Source: a virus (taxonomy: Duplodnaviria; Caudoviricetes). Taken from it: a stretch of 64,000 bases of DNA. The stretch's first letter is position 1, and the number at the start of each line of letters is the position of its first letter. The position numbers were made by a program, and so were the translations under genes. This document shows positions 23,501 through 34,055 of this stretch, one piece after another. Location: IMG/VR virus record IMGVR_UViG_3300005077_000712, positions 1-64,000 of that record; one strand, written 5' to 3'. Under the pieces are notes generated by a model that saw nothing but the letters and a program-made list of their open reading frames with translations, was not told the origin of the DNA and did no database searches.

Positions 23501-25822
23501 TTAACCACAGTCTCCTATACCACAAACAGGGCATTGTTTACATCCTGATATATAAATTTTCTTTGACCCACATTCTTTGCAAGTATCTGCTTCTTCTCCA
23601 TCAAGTATATAATTTTTAAGCATCCTTGTTACTGCCTTTGAAAAATCAACAATAGTTCCAGGGCATTTATTTAATTGATCTATTACATATTTAGGATGTC
23701 CACCATGTCTTAATAAACTTGACACAAGTCTTGAAAATGTTGAGTATTCATCACTATGAAATGTTTTATTAATATCTTGTATTAAAATTTCATCATCATG
23801 TTTAAATGCGTACTGCCCTGATTTAATTTTTACTAAAAATCCATTTTCAATTGTTTTAGGAATAGCCACATCTTCAATTTTTCCTACAAAAAATTCATAA
23901 GGTTTCCCTTCAAATAAACCTACAAAAATTATAAATTTTTCTTGTGATTTTTCACCTTTATCATTTTTAACCATTGCATTTACTCTATGAACTGCACAAG
24001 GCAATTCTTTAGGACGTTTTGGAGCAGAATGATATTCAATACTTGTCGGCCTGTTTATTTCTTTACTTTCTTTATGGACTAATATACCTTCTCTGCATCC
24101 ATCACGATAAACCGTTACTCCTATTATACCTCTTTTATAAGCATCTATAAATACATCACCCATTTCTTCTTTTGTAATTGAATTTGGGAGGTTAATAGTT
24201 TTAGATATTGCAAGTGATATTCTCTGTGCAACTACTTCAAGCATATTAAGATGCTCTGTAGGTGTTAAATCTCCAGCAGTAATAAAAACTTTTTTCATTT
24301 CATCAGGAATTAAATTACATTTTTGGCAAGAACCTTTATTATCAGATACTTGTTTTAAAATTTCAAGCTTTTGTTCAGAGCTAAAATTATCATCTAAATA
24401 CTTTTCAAAAATTGTATCTGTAATATACATTATATCATATTTTTTATCAAGTTGTTCAACTTTTCTCATATAAGTTAAAGCAAAAATTGGTTCAATTCCA
24501 GAAGATGTTTCCGCAATAGTAGATAAAGTCCCAGTAGGAGCAATTGAAGTTTGGCTACTATTCCTTATACCATATTCTTTTATATCTTCTTTTAATTTAT
24601 TTATATCAATATTTCTAATTTTTTTATATTTGAAAAATCTTTTATTTGCATCCATGAAGGTATCATAATCAAATTCTGGATAAGCACCATTTTTATCTAT
24701 TGTAGCTAATTTCATAGATTCATTCATTGAACATATTGTCAAATACAAAGACATTTCTTCTGCAAATTTCAATCCTTCTTCTGAGTTGTAAGCTATTCCC
24801 ATTTTAAACAACGCATGAGCTAATCCCATAAATCCAAGACCTATAGGTCTTACTGAAAGAGTTACTTTTTTAATTTCTTTAATTGGAAAATTGTTTACAT
24901 CAAGAGTATTATTTATAAAACGTGTTGCTTTAATAATTAATTGTTCAAATTTATCCCAATTAAAAATTTTATCTTCTACAAGATTAGATAAATTAATTGA
25001 TCCAAGCGCACAACTTGTATATGGTATATGGACAAATTCGCTGCAAGGATTACAAATAACTATATCACTTATATTTTTTGTTGTGCATTGTTCATAAGCT
25101 ATATCTTTATTAAATATTCCAGGTTCTGCCATAAGCCAAGCATTATTAAGAATTTTTTCCCACAATTGTTTTACTGTCACAATATTCCCATTATCATCTT
25201 GTAAAGAATACTCTAAACCATTTGAAATATTTTTAACAATATGTGGCGCGTTAGGAGTGTTTTGAAGTTTCTCATAAAAATCATTTCCAATTTTAATTGA
25301 AAAATTAAATCTATTAAATTGGTTAAGATTTAATTTAGCATCAATAAATTTAAGAATATCAGGATGACTAATATCAAGAAGAGACATGCCCGCACCCCTC
25401 CTTGCGCCCCCCTGTTGAACACCATCAAGAACTGAATTAAATATATTTATAAACTGTAATGGTCCTGATGATTTTCTACCCCCAAGACCTTTAATTCCCT
25501 CATTACTTCCTCTAAGAGTTGAAAAATCATAGCCTACACCACCACCCATGCGTGTTACTTCAGCACATTCTTTTACTGCATCAAATATACCATTTATACT
25601 GTCATCTATTTTGCCCATAGGGAAACAAGAAGAAAGAGTACCTATCCTTTCTTTTGTATTGGCGTTCATTAACGTAGGTGATGATGGTATAAAATTCATA
25701 TTTTTTATATCATCATATATTTCAGGATATATTGCTGATATTCTTTTTGCTATATGTTCCCATTCAGTTTCATCTTTAAGAAAATACCTATCTTTAAGAA
25801 TTTTAAGGATTGATTCCTTCAT
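23501..25822 (-). CDS. nrdJ: Ribonucleotide reductase, class II (B12-dependent)
   Basis: SSCF, RRGAGM, NPCSE and IAPTGT motifs; C-terminal TSCPD-like domain and Zn ribbon; no beta subunit nearby. Confidence 0.85.
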   Translation of the reverse strand: MKESILKILKDRYFLKDETEWEHIAKRISAIYPEIYDDIKNMNFIPSSPTLMNANTKERIGTLSSCFPMGKIDDSINGIFDAVKECAEVTRMGGGVGYDFSTLRGSNEGIKGLGGRKSSGPLQFINIFNSVLDGVQQGGARRGAGMSLLDISHPDILKFIDAKLNLNQFNRFNFSIKIGNDFYEKLQNTPNAPHIVKNISNGLEYSLQDDNGNIVTVKQLWEKILNNAWLMAEPGIFNKDIAYEQCTTKNISDIVICNPCSEFVHIPYTSCALGSINLSNLVEDKIFNWDKFEQLIIKATRFINNTLDVNNFPIKEIKKVTLSVRPIGLGFMGLAHALFKMGIAYNSEEGLKFAEEMSLYLTICSMNESMKLATIDKNGAYPEFDYDTFMDANKRFFKYKKIRNIDINKLKEDIKEYGIRNSSQTSIAPTGTLSTIAETSSGIEPIFALTYMRKVEQLDKKYDIMYITDTIFEKYLDDNFSSEQKLEILKQVSDNKGSCQKCNLIPDEMKKVFITAGDLTPTEHLNMLEVVAQRISLAISKTINLPNSITKEEMGDVFIDAYKRGIIGVTVYRDGCREGILVHKESKEINRPTSIEYHSAPKRPKELPCAVHRVNAMVKNDKGEKSQEKFIIFVGLFEGKPYEFFVGKIEDVAIPKTIENGFLVKIKSGQYAFKHDDEILIQDINKTFHSDEYSTFSRLVSSLLRHGGHPKYVIDQLNKCPGTIVDFSKAVTRMLKNYILDGEEADTCKECGSKKIYISGCKQCPVCGIGDCG

Positions 25823-25858
25823 ATATTAATCTCCAAAATTTTTTAAATATACTTCCAT

Positions 25859-26407
25859 TTATATTATTTTTGTAATTACTTTGTTTTTCTTTGTCACATA
25901 CATATAAGCTTGACCAATAATTGCTATATTTCTTTCAACTTCTTTTGATAAAATAAGTGGTTTATCATTATGTGCATAATATTCATCCATTTGATAACAA
26001 GCATTATGAATATTATTACTTGGCTCTTGACAATGTATTTCACTTAAATCTTTATTAATATGATTCGGATTTATAACTTTGTAAATATCATACATCATTT
26101 CTGTATATGGATATAAATTATCCATTTTAATATTTCTAAAATCTATAAAATCTTCATCATATTTTAAAGATAATTTATTTCTTGGAGCAATCCAAACTTT
26201 ACAATAAATCATATCTTTAATAAATTTTTCATTCTTTTCTGAATCTAACCACATATATAACATTTTATCTTCATTCTCATTTAAAAAATTAGTTGCTCTA
26301 AAACTTTCTAAATGATGATTTAATTTTATCTTTGATGGCATTAATCTATTTTTAAGAATACTGTTTCTATTATAATTTTCAGATATATGTATTGCAATTT
26401 TCCCCAT
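25859..26407 (-). CDS. Hypothetical protein
   Basis: 182-aa ORF. Confidence 0.65.
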   Translation of the reverse strand: MGKIAIHISENYNRNSILKNRLMPSKIKLNHHLESFRATNFLNENEDKMLYMWLDSEKNEKFIKDMIYCKVWIAPRNKLSLKYDEDFIDFRNIKMDNLYPYTEMMYDIYKVINPNHINKDLSEIHCQEPSNNIHNACYQMDEYYAHNDKPLILSKEVERNIAIIGQAYMYVTKKNKVITKII

Positions 26408-26538
26408 ATATTAATCCATTAAAAATCTTTTTATTTTGTCAAAAAATATAACTATATAAATAAAACAAAACAAAAAAATAATAAGTATTTTATCTACCCA
26501 CCATTCTATAATACTTAAAATCCATTCAAAAAAAAATT

Positions 26539-26826
26539 CTAATGTTTGCATTTACACTCCTTATTAATTTTATTAGTTATTCTTATTAACTCTTCTTCAA
26601 ATTTTTGTTCATTAGTAATAAGTTCATTTTCTAAAATATTAATTTGTTGTTTCAATTTTTCATTTTCTAATTTATAAAATTTCATACTTTTTAATTCAAT
26701 ATCATTATAAAATTCAAAAGTTTCAATATATTGCAAAACCTCTTTATCTTCTCTTTTTTTTAATATTTCTTTTATTTCCATTATTGAATCATAAGCAGTT
26801 GGAATATACTTCCCGTTAGTCATCAT
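26539..26826 (-). CDS. Hypothetical coiled-coil protein
   Basis: 95-aa ORF with GGAG SD. Confidence 0.65.
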   Translation of the reverse strand: MMTNGKYIPTAYDSIMEIKEILKKREDKEVLQYIETFEFYNDIELKSMKFYKLENEKLKQQINILENELITNEQKFEEELIRITNKINKECKCKH

Positions 26827-27123
26827 AATTTACTCCAGATTTTTATTTACTAATATTACCGCAAGTTTTACACTTTAAACTCCCATCTTTTTGTTCATAA
26901 TAATTATGACCACTTATATAACCCATTGATAAGGAAAAAAATGAAGAATAGATATAAGTATAATAAATACTACGAATAAAACAAATTATGCTGAAGATTT
27001 TTTTCATTTTTTACCTGTCTTTTATTATATTTTATAATATATAAAAAAGTCTAAAATTAAAATAAAAAACCCTAATTTTTTAAATTAGGGTTTTAACTCT
27101 TTATATAAAAAGTTAAATAATTT

Positions 27124-27381
27124 TTATTTCTTTTTCCAATGGAATCCTTTATAAATAGAATAATAAATCACATTTTCATTATGAAATCTTTTAATCTCAT
27201 ATTTACCATTATTACTAATCATTCCATTATTCTTTGTATTATAAATAAGTTTTTTGTTATTTATTATTTGCACAATTTCAATCTCTTCATATTGTTGCGA
27301 AAAAACAAAAGTTGTATTAAATAATAAAATTAAAATTAATAATTTTGTTATCATTTGTTTATTTCCCACCTTTCTTACCAC
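27124..27381 (-). CDS. Hypothetical exported protein
   Basis: Signal-like MITKLLILILLFNTTFVFS. Confidence 0.5.
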   Translation of the reverse strand: MVRKVGNKQMITKLLILILLFNTTFVFSQQYEEIEIVQIINNKKLIYNTKNNGMISNNGKYEIKRFHNENVIYYSIYKGFHWKKK

Positions 27382-27525
27382 TTTTCTTAACTTTAGGTTC
27401 TTTTTTAGTTGAACAAGCCATGAAATTTACCTCCATTATATAATATAATCTTATATTATCAAAAGGCTAAAAAAAAAAGACATTTTATTGTCTTTTTTTT
27501 ATAAAATAAAAATTTTAAAATTTAA

Positions 27526-27648
27526 TTATTTTTTTACTTCTGTTGTAACTGCCTTTTCATCAACTTTAGGAGTTTCATCAACTTTGGTACATGACATAAT
27601 ACCAACTGTAAAAATAGCAACTACAAGCAACATAAAAAATCTTTTCAT
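27526..27648 (-). CDS. 40-aa lipoprotein (not in the ORF track)
   Basis: AGAGG SD; MKRFFMLLVVAIFTVGIMSC-TKVDETPKVDEKAVTTEVKK. Confidence 0.7.
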   Translation of the reverse strand: MKRFFMLLVVAIFTVGIMSCTKVDETPKVDEKAVTTEVKK

Positions 27649-27742
27649 TCCACAACCTCTTTAAAATAATTTATCGGAAAAACCGATTTATAAAATATTA
27701 TATTATTAAATCATATAAATAATATAATTTTTATTTACTTTT

Positions 27743-28207
27743 TTAAGCTTTTTTTCCAGCAATCCATCCTCTGCAATTTTCAGAACCACATGAACAATTA
27801 AATGTATTATAAAGAACATCTTCTGTATCATTATAATCACATGTCAATCTATCAAAAACCTTAATAGGTTTAATAACAATTGCTGTTAATGTATTCATAT
27901 CTAATTTCAAATTTGGGTCACAACTATGAAGTAGTTTCCCAGAAAAAAATGGATCATGAATATATATTCCTTCTTTATGCTGAAGACTATGAAGTGTTTG
28001 TTTTGTTAAAAACCATCCTGTCCATCTAAATGCTATATCTTCAACATTAAGACTAATCAATGAAATTATTCCTTCATTAATCGCTTCAGGACTTTTTACA
28101 ATCTGAAAAAATGTTTTTAATGGTTCATAATCAAATACAGGGACTTCAATAGGATAAAACCTATCTTCTTGCTTTACATTTTCCCAATTTTTTATACTTA
28201 ATATCAT
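27743..28207 (-). CDS. SET-domain protein with post-SET Cys motif
   Basis: LLHSCDPN...LTCDY...FNCSCGSENCRG. Confidence 0.8.
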   Translation of the reverse strand: MILSIKNWENVKQEDRFYPIEVPVFDYEPLKTFFQIVKSPEAINEGIISLISLNVEDIAFRWTGWFLTKQTLHSLQHKEGIYIHDPFFSGKLLHSCDPNLKLDMNTLTAIVIKPIKVFDRLTCDYNDTEDVLYNTFNCSCGSENCRGWIAGKKA

Positions 28208-28788
28208 TCTTTCCCTCTAAATTTATAATTATTTAAAACACGAATATCCGTATCTTTAGTAAGACCTTTATTCCAATGTTTACATCCTTTATTTGCTTTA
28301 GAAATTTTTTCCTTATGCTCTTTTGTAAGAATTTTCCCAATATGAGATTGTTTCATTTTATTTCTTGATTCTAAAGAGAATTTTCTACCTATATTTGGGC
28401 CAGGTTTACCTTTGCATTTTAAACTTATTTTTAATTTTGTTTCTTCAGAATGTTTTTATGCCTTTACAACCTGATCCACCTTCTATTAAGTTATAACCAT
28501 AAATTTTATTATTACTATTAAAAAAACTTATACATTCTTTTTCACAATTATCTAGTTCTTCATATGTTTTACAATATCCTAAAATTTCCCATTTAAAATT
28601 ATGTTTTTTATATTTTCTTATAGCCATATAAAGATATTTTATGTTTTTTTATTGAAAGCCATACTTAAATGATATTTATAATATATATCAAAATTTTGTA
28701 TAGTTTGCCCAATATAAATTTTATTATTTATTAAGTTTGTTACTTTATAAATTAAACCAACAAAATTTATATTAATATCTAATTGCAA
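28204..28788 (-). pseudogene. GIY-YIG/NUMOD3 homing endonuclease with two frameshifts
   Basis: GLIYKVTNLINNKIYIGQT...(shift)...AIRKY...YGYNLIEGG...(shift)...HSEETKLKIS; both shifts lie in A runs. Confidence 0.8.
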
Positions 28789-28801
28789 TTAATCTACCTC
28801 C

Positions 28802-29116
28802 TTAAAATATAATTTTTGTTATTACTATCCAAGCTATAAAAAAAGTAATAATATTTCCTAAAATTTCTATAAAATCCATTTGTTCTTCTGTATATTTTGA
28901 GGCATTATAAAATACAAAAGATGAATTTATTAATGAAGTAGCTCCAAGCATTTTTTTAAAGAACATTAATGCTAATGCTGTAGAATAATTAATTAAAAGC
29001 AATGTTGAAGAAATATATGGGGCTATACAATTCCACATATCTTGCAAAAACATTGCATTTAAAAAAAGTGAACCAAAACTCATTATTATACCAAATATTT
29101 TTAAACCTTTATTCAT
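28802..29116 (-). CDS. Hypothetical membrane protein
   Basis: Three hydrophobic segments. Confidence 0.7.
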   Translation of the reverse strand: MNKGLKIFGIIMSFGSLFLNAMFLQDMWNCIAPYISSTLLLINYSTALALMFFKKMLGATSLINSSFVFYNASKYTEEQMDFIEILGNIITFFIAWIVITKIIF

Positions 29117-30210
29117 AAAACTTCTTCCCCCATAAAAAATATTTTACCTTTATACTTTTCTTTAAAATGAACTTTTAACTGTTTTTTTATAACAGGTAAA
29201 ATTTCTTTACCATCAAGTAGAATAAACATAATTGAACTTTCTTTTTCTTGTGCTATTTGAGTTCTTAATTCAGTTCTTTTATATTTTTTCTTTAATTCTT
29301 CTAATTTAATAGATGCCATATTTTCTTTTTCAAGAATCCAATTAGAAAATTCATCTCTGAATCCTTCAAGCATTTTAGCTTTATCAGCATATCCATAAGT
29401 ATAAAGTTCAGAAATATAATCATCAATAGATTCATTGATATATAATTCTAATATATCATTTATAGAAAACTTAGATAAAGCTCTATGTCTATTAAGATAC
29501 CATTGAGTTTTAACTTTATATAGATTACTTCCATCTCCTATTACAAAACCTTCAACCCCTTCAAGAGATTTAGTATATTCTATAAATTCTTTTAAAGTGC
29601 TAAGTTTATCATTAACATTAAAAGTATTATAAAACTGATATTCACCAGTTCTATTATTTCTTATAGCTAATGGTTGTAATTGTTGTTCTTTATATTGTAT
29701 TACAATTGGATTCTCATTATCTAAAAATTCAAATAAAGGAGTTAAACCATCTTTTAATTGAGACATAACTTTTTCTTTAACTTTATCACAAGTTTTTGAA
29801 AATAGTTCAGTTGCTTTTATAGCAACTTCAGAATAAAAACTTTTTTTAGATTTAAAAATAATCTTATCATTAACTAAAACAGGCATAACTAAAGACCCAT
29901 CCCATTTAGTATCAATATAATTAATTTTATTCCAATTAATTAAATATTCTTGAGTTTCAGGACGTTGATTAATATTGAAAAATTTATGATATGGTCTACA
30001 AATAATATCACCAGTAGACATATCAAAAGTTATACCTCTACACTCTCTTGCCAAAGCAGAATTAAAAGTAGTATCAGTTTCAATCATATAAGAAATTATA
30101 CCAAATTCAATACCATCAACTATTTCAGTTTTTAGTTTAATTTCTTTCTTATTCTTTAATATATCATCAAACTGACTTATATTTGTTATTATTGGAAAAT
30201 TCATTTTCAT
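29113..30210 (-). CDS. RNA ligase, T4 Rnl1-like
   Basis: ECRGITF, KFFN, KWDGSL (motif I), EGFVI and KVKT motifs. Confidence 0.85.
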   Translation of the reverse strand: MKMNFPIITNISQFDDILKNKKEIKLKTEIVDGIEFGIISYMIETDTTFNSALARECRGITFDMSTGDIICRPYHKFFNINQRPETQEYLINWNKINYIDTKWDGSLVMPVLVNDKIIFKSKKSFYSEVAIKATELFSKTCDKVKEKVMSQLKDGLTPLFEFLDNENPIVIQYKEQQLQPLAIRNNRTGEYQFYNTFNVNDKLSTLKEFIEYTKSLEGVEGFVIGDGSNLYKVKTQWYLNRHRALSKFSINDILELYINESIDDYISELYTYGYADKAKMLEGFRDEFSNWILEKENMASIKLEELKKKYKRTELRTQIAQEKESSIMFILLDGKEILPVIKKQLKVHFKEKYKGKIFFMGEEVL

Positions 30211-30364
30211 GCCTCAATTCACATTCAAGTTCTTCTCTTTTAAAGTCTTCTTTCTCTCTATTAACTGCATATCTTTCAATTCTTTCTCTTTCTGAAAAGG
30301 ATTTATTCATATAATTTTTCATAGTTTTCTCCTTTGTTTTAATATTCATTAAGTCCATAAGCAT
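30167..30364 (-). CDS. Hypothetical protein
   Basis: Short charged ORF; true start probably MKNYM. Confidence 0.4.
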   Translation of the reverse strand: MLMDLMNIKTKEKTMKNYMNKSFSERERIERYAVNREKEDFKREELECELRHENEFSNNNKYKSV

Positions 30365-31244
30365 CTTGTCTTACATCAAAAGTAAATAGACCAAGTTTAT
30401 CTTGCCAACATTCTGATAATACTTGAATCCTATCATCAAAAACACCAACAACATTAAACTTTGGTTCTATGTATTTTCTATATAACTCTTCTTTAATAAT
30501 TGAATCTCTTCTGTTATCTCCTTCCTCTCTCATATAAAGATAATCATTATCAATGAGATAATAATTTAACCACATAGCTGTTTCACTTCTATATTTTGAA
30601 TCTCTACCTGAAAGAACAATTATGATATAGCCTGATTTTTTTAAAGCATTTAAAATACTAATAACTGGATATATAGGAAGATCCATACCAACTTTAGTAC
30701 CATCAAAAATATCTCTATCAGGATGTTTCAAAGCTAATGTACCATCTATATCAAAAATAAATGCAGGTTTTTTATCTGATTTAACTATATAAGAAAAATC
30801 ATAACAATCTCTTTCAGGTTTATTTGCTATATATTTTTTATAAGTATTTCTTATAACTCTTTCACCAACAGAAAATGGTCTTCGTTTATCTCTTTCAATT
30901 GCATCATCAAGAGATACATCAAATCTTTTTATTTCAATATCTACTTTTGGAGATATAGTTTTAATAAACTCTATATTTTTTTTAAGAGTTTTTGGGTTAA
31001 GATTCATTTCATCTATAACAAGATTATGACCATCCCTAAGAATAGTTTTTACATTTTCTCCCCAAATTTTTTGAACAAGTTTCTCTGACTTATAAGAATA
31101 ATCATCTATCATGTGTCTAATAGCATCACGATTAACTCTTTTATAAGTTTTATTAGTTTTAAGAAATTCAGTTACCCAAGTAGATTTACCTGAGCCTTGT
31201 ATTCCTTGAGTAAGTATAACTTTCATTTTTATTCCTCTGTCCAA
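30339..31244 (-). CDS. pseT: Polynucleotide 5'-kinase/3'-phosphatase (T4 PseT-like)
   Basis: GIQGSGKST P-loop, RDAIR, HAD motif DIDGTLA, SGR, FDDR. Confidence 0.9.
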   Translation of the reverse strand: MDRGIKMKVILTQGIQGSGKSTWVTEFLKTNKTYKRVNRDAIRHMIDDYSYKSEKLVQKIWGENVKTILRDGHNLVIDEMNLNPKTLKKNIEFIKTISPKVDIEIKRFDVSLDDAIERDKRRPFSVGERVIRNTYKKYIANKPERDCYDFSYIVKSDKKPAFIFDIDGTLALKHPDRDIFDGTKVGMDLPIYPVISILNALKKSGYIIIVLSGRDSKYRSETAMWLNYYLIDNDYLYMREEGDNRRDSIIKEELYRKYIEPKFNVVGVFDDRIQVLSECWQDKLGLFTFDVRQDAYGLNEY

Positions 31245-31456
31245 TCAAAAGTTAATGAAACTTTTGATTTTTTATTTTTTTTAGATGCTTTCATTTTAAA
31301 TTCTAAAGTATCATTAAATTTCAATATTAATTGTTCTTTATCTTTTCTAAGTACAAGTTCTCCACCTTTAAAGGCAGATGCCAACATTTTTAAATAATTT
31401 GAGATTGATTTAGAATCTTGGACTGCTTTATGTTTAAAATTTAATTTTTTTTTCAT
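31229..31456 (-). CDS. Amphi-Trp domain protein
   Basis: YLKMLASAFKGGELVL...KVSLTFDW pattern with terminal Trp. Confidence 0.7.
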   Translation of the reverse strand: MKKKLNFKHKAVQDSKSISNYLKMLASAFKGGELVLRKDKEQLILKFNDTLEFKMKASKKNKKSKVSLTFDWTEE

Positions 31457-31467
31457 ATTTTTTTCTA

Positions 31468-31956
31468 TTAATTTCCTTTTAATTTAATAAATTTTCCATT
31501 ATTTGTTTCACTAAACCTTTTTAATTCAGTTTTTGCAAAATCACCATAAGCAATTAAAACCGATGGAGCATTTGCAGAATCACCTTTTCTCCCATCAACA
31601 TAATGGAAAGCAAGTCTACCTTTGAAAAAGAAAACTGCATCTGCTCTATCCCACACTTCAGAATGAAAACCTTTTGTTTCAGTTCTTGCAAAAGTTAAAG
31701 CAATACAATTATTATGTTCATGACATTTTTTTAACCAAATATATGTTTCTCTACCATATGGAGGATTACAAAAAACAAATCCTTCCCAAACTTGAATTAA
31801 ACCGTTATTATTTATATTGAAATGTTTTTTAGCAGTATCCCACGGTCTACTTATTGGGCTACATGGATCTAAATCGAAACTAAAAAAATCAGTAATATAT
31901 TTAGGTGTAAGCCATTCATCATTATTTTTTGTATTTGTATTAAAACTATTACTCAT
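31468..31956 (-). CDS. Phage DNA N6-adenine methyltransferase (Dam-type)
   Basis: NDEWLTP, FDLDPC and FCNPPY motifs. Confidence 0.85.
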   Translation of the reverse strand: MSNSFNTNTKNNDEWLTPKYITDFFSFDLDPCSPISRPWDTAKKHFNINNNGLIQVWEGFVFCNPPYGRETYIWLKKCHEHNNCIALTFARTETKGFHSEVWDRADAVFFFKGRLAFHYVDGRKGDSANAPSVLIAYGDFAKTELKRFSETNNGKFIKLKGN

Positions 31957-32273
31957 TTATTTTCCTTTAAATAATATTCTCTATATTCTGATAATATAGA
32001 TTCTAAATTACATAAAACACATGGGCATGAATCTTTAGTACAATCACCAGAATGAATTGGTTTTTTATCTTCTAAAAGACTTCTGATAAAAAGTCTTACA
32101 TTAGCAATAATATCATCATATTCACGATCATACCATTCAAACAAATTATATTTATCTTTATGTAAATTATCATTTTTATAATACTCTGTCAAGTTATTAT
32201 TTTTATCTATAATACCCGCATCTTGTAATTCTTTAAGTGCAAGAACTTGAGAAGATGATAATTTTTTTACCAT
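31953..32273 (-). CDS. Hypothetical protein
   Basis: 106-aa ORF. Confidence 0.6.
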   Translation of the reverse strand: MVKKLSSSQVLALKELQDAGIIDKNNNLTEYYKNDNLHKDKYNLFEWYDREYDDIIANVRLFIRSLLEDKKPIHSGDCTKDSCPCVLCNLESILSEYREYYLKENK

Positions 32274-32314
32274 AATTTTTTAAATCTTTAATTAGTTTTT
32301 TATTACTCATCATC

Positions 32315-32662
32315 CTATTCTTCCTTTAAATATTTAATTTCATCTTCTTCACAAGCAATAATTTTATATTCTATAGCCTTAATAAAACTTTGATTAACAA
32401 TATCAATCACTATTTTATCTATCTGCATATTAGTCAATCTATTTTTATAATATTTACCTCTTTGAGAAATAACATATTCAAATGTTTCTGGATTACACCC
32501 TCCTCCAAATGTAGCATTATTAGAATCAATTATACTACATATCTCATCTATAAAACAATCCATTTGTTTATTAGATAAAATAGTTTCAAAAGTTCCTTTA
32601 ATAGCTATATAAGGTTCAAAAAATTCTTTTATTCTTAATTTTTTTCTCAATCTCTTTTTCAC
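32315..32662 (-). CDS. YggL/DUF469-like protein
   Basis: KKRLRKKLRIKEF N-terminus; FGGG motif; GTG start with SD. Confidence 0.65.
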   Translation of the reverse strand: MKKRLRKKLRIKEFFEPYIAIKGTFETILSNKQMDCFIDEICSIIDSNNATFGGGCNPETFEYVISQRGKYYKNRLTNMQIDKIVIDIVNQSFIKAIEYKIIACEEDEIKYLKEE

Positions 32663-32715
32663 TTGTAAGTTCCTTTTAAAAAGATTATACGCACTTCTTA
32701 TAATTACTGTTATGG

Positions 32716-32931
32716 CTAATTGCCTTTTAACTTCTCCAATCGCTGAATCATTATCGCTCTGTATTTATTTGCACCTTCAATCGCTCTTACTGTCTTTATG
32801 TTGCAATATGGTAGGTTTGTGCTTCTGTCTGTAAACCACTCATCAACTTCCTGTTCGGTAGGCAACATAGCCATAACATCGGTTATATTCAATACCTTGC
32901 TTTCGTCTTGTTTTTTAGTTTTGTTTTTCAT
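32716..32931 (-). CDS. Cassette ORF, hypothetical
   Basis: N-terminus VLNITDVM is encoded by an attC arm. Confidence 0.65.
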   Translation of the reverse strand: MKNKTKKQDESKVLNITDVMAMLPTEQEVDEWFTDRSTNLPYCNIKTVRAIEGANKYRAIMIQRLEKLKGN

Positions 32932-33002
32932 ATCAAGTTTTTTTTATTATTCAAAATTTGTGTTTCAAAATCGGCACTAAATATAGCCGAGAAACGTTAG
33001 GC
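32871..33002 (-). repeat. attC-like site with the next ORF start in its loop
   Basis: ccataac-atcggttatatt...aatatagccga-gaaac-gttaggc. Confidence 0.75.
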
Positions 33003-33266
33003 GACATGCAACCTTAATCTATACATAATATCTATAAATTTGACAAGATTTTCCGTGCTTAAAAACTTAATCGGAATTTCTCCAGCATCATACATTTTTA
33101 CTATTTCCCGCACGTCTCCTAACACGGCATTTGAGTCCGCTTCGCACATTGCCTCAATTATTACATCAGCTAAAAATCCGAACACTTTCGGCGGTATTTC
33201 CTGAATGTTACCATCACCGTCATTTGCAAAATTTTTTATTATATTTAATAACTTTTCTCTATACAT
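32997..33266 (-). CDS. Cassette ORF, hypothetical
   Basis: Stop inside GCCTAAC. Confidence 0.65.
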   Translation of the reverse strand: MYREKLLNIIKNFANDGDGNIQEIPPKVFGFLADVIIEAMCEADSNAVLGDVREIVKMYDAGEIPIKFLSTENLVKFIDIMYRLRLHVA

Positions 33267-33318
33267 AACTTTCTTCTGTTAATTCGGCAACGTCTCAAAT
33301 GCCGGGTAATGTTGTACG

Positions 33319-33600
33319 TCATTTGAGCTTTGCCCACTTTGTAATATTCTTAAACGGCTCAAACCGTGAATTATCAAAACAATACATTCCTGCACACAAA
33401 TAAACCACTGGTCCACCCTCATCACATACCCATGCTTCAACGGTAAACTTTGACATCGCACATCCACCAATTCCCCCTCTCGGACCAGCTGTAGACCCGA
33501 ATGTTTCTGGATAAGCATAATAATCTAAATCCATATACTCGACTTTTCGATCCTTAAGTATATCAATAACTTCTTGCGGTGGTTTGTTTTGATAATTCAC
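33319..33600 (-). CDS. Cassette ORF, conserved phage hypothetical
   Basis: YPETFGSTAGPRGGIGG motif; GTG start after AGGAG. Confidence 0.7.
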   Translation of the reverse strand: MNYQNKPPQEVIDILKDRKVEYMDLDYYAYPETFGSTAGPRGGIGGCAMSKFTVEAWVCDEGGPVVYLCAGMYCFDNSRFEPFKNITKWAKLK

Positions 33601-33645
33601 GGCCTTTCTCCTTTCATGTATTTTATTCTGTGACGCTCAAACGAC

Positions 33646-33726
33646 GCACAACACTCGCTAAACGCTTCGCTTCGCTCGGCCTTCGGCACATGGCTTCGCC
33701 ACGTCGTTTAGCTCTGCATGTTGTAC
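33646..33726 (-). repeat. attC site
   Basis: gcacaac...ctaaac...gtttag...gttgtac with R and L boxes. Confidence 0.85.
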
Positions 33727-33739
33727 GAAAGACGCACGA

Positions 33740-33943
33740 CTAATACTCTATTGGTTCATCCTTGTATTCATAAGTGTAATTACCGGTTCCCGTCCCGCTC
33801 GTTGTTAATACGCTATGAAGTGCCTCATGCCCGCAAATAACACATCGCTTGAATGACGAGTCTCCGTGCCATACATGTTCAGGTTCTACGGTTGACCCAC
33901 ATTTTTTACACTTATAACTTTGTTCAATCTTTATATACATAAA
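33740..33943 (-). CDS. Cassette ORF, Zn-ribbon protein
   Basis: MYIKIEQSYKCKKC...CVICGH; GGAGG SD. Confidence 0.7.
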   Translation of the reverse strand, partial: FMYIKIEQSYKCKKCGSTVEPEHVWHGDSSFKRCVICGHEALHSVLTTSGTGTGNYTYEYKDEPIEY

Positions 33944-33964
33944 TCCTCCTTTCGTGCGTCCTTC

Positions 33965-34055
33965 GTACAACAAAGCGTGAAACGAAAAACGACTTTATTT
34001 TATTTACAACACTTTTACTATTCAGCGTTCTTCGTTTACGCTTGAATAGTTAGCG
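33965..34055 (-). repeat. attC site
   Basis: gtacaac-aaagcgt(g)aaacgaa...ttcgtttacgctt-gaata-gttagcg with an extrahelical base. Confidence 0.8.

Noticed and set aside
23501-25822. Class I RNR alpha subunit
   Set aside because: No ATP cone, no adjacent beta subunit, and a C-terminal TSCPD/Zn-ribbon typical of class II
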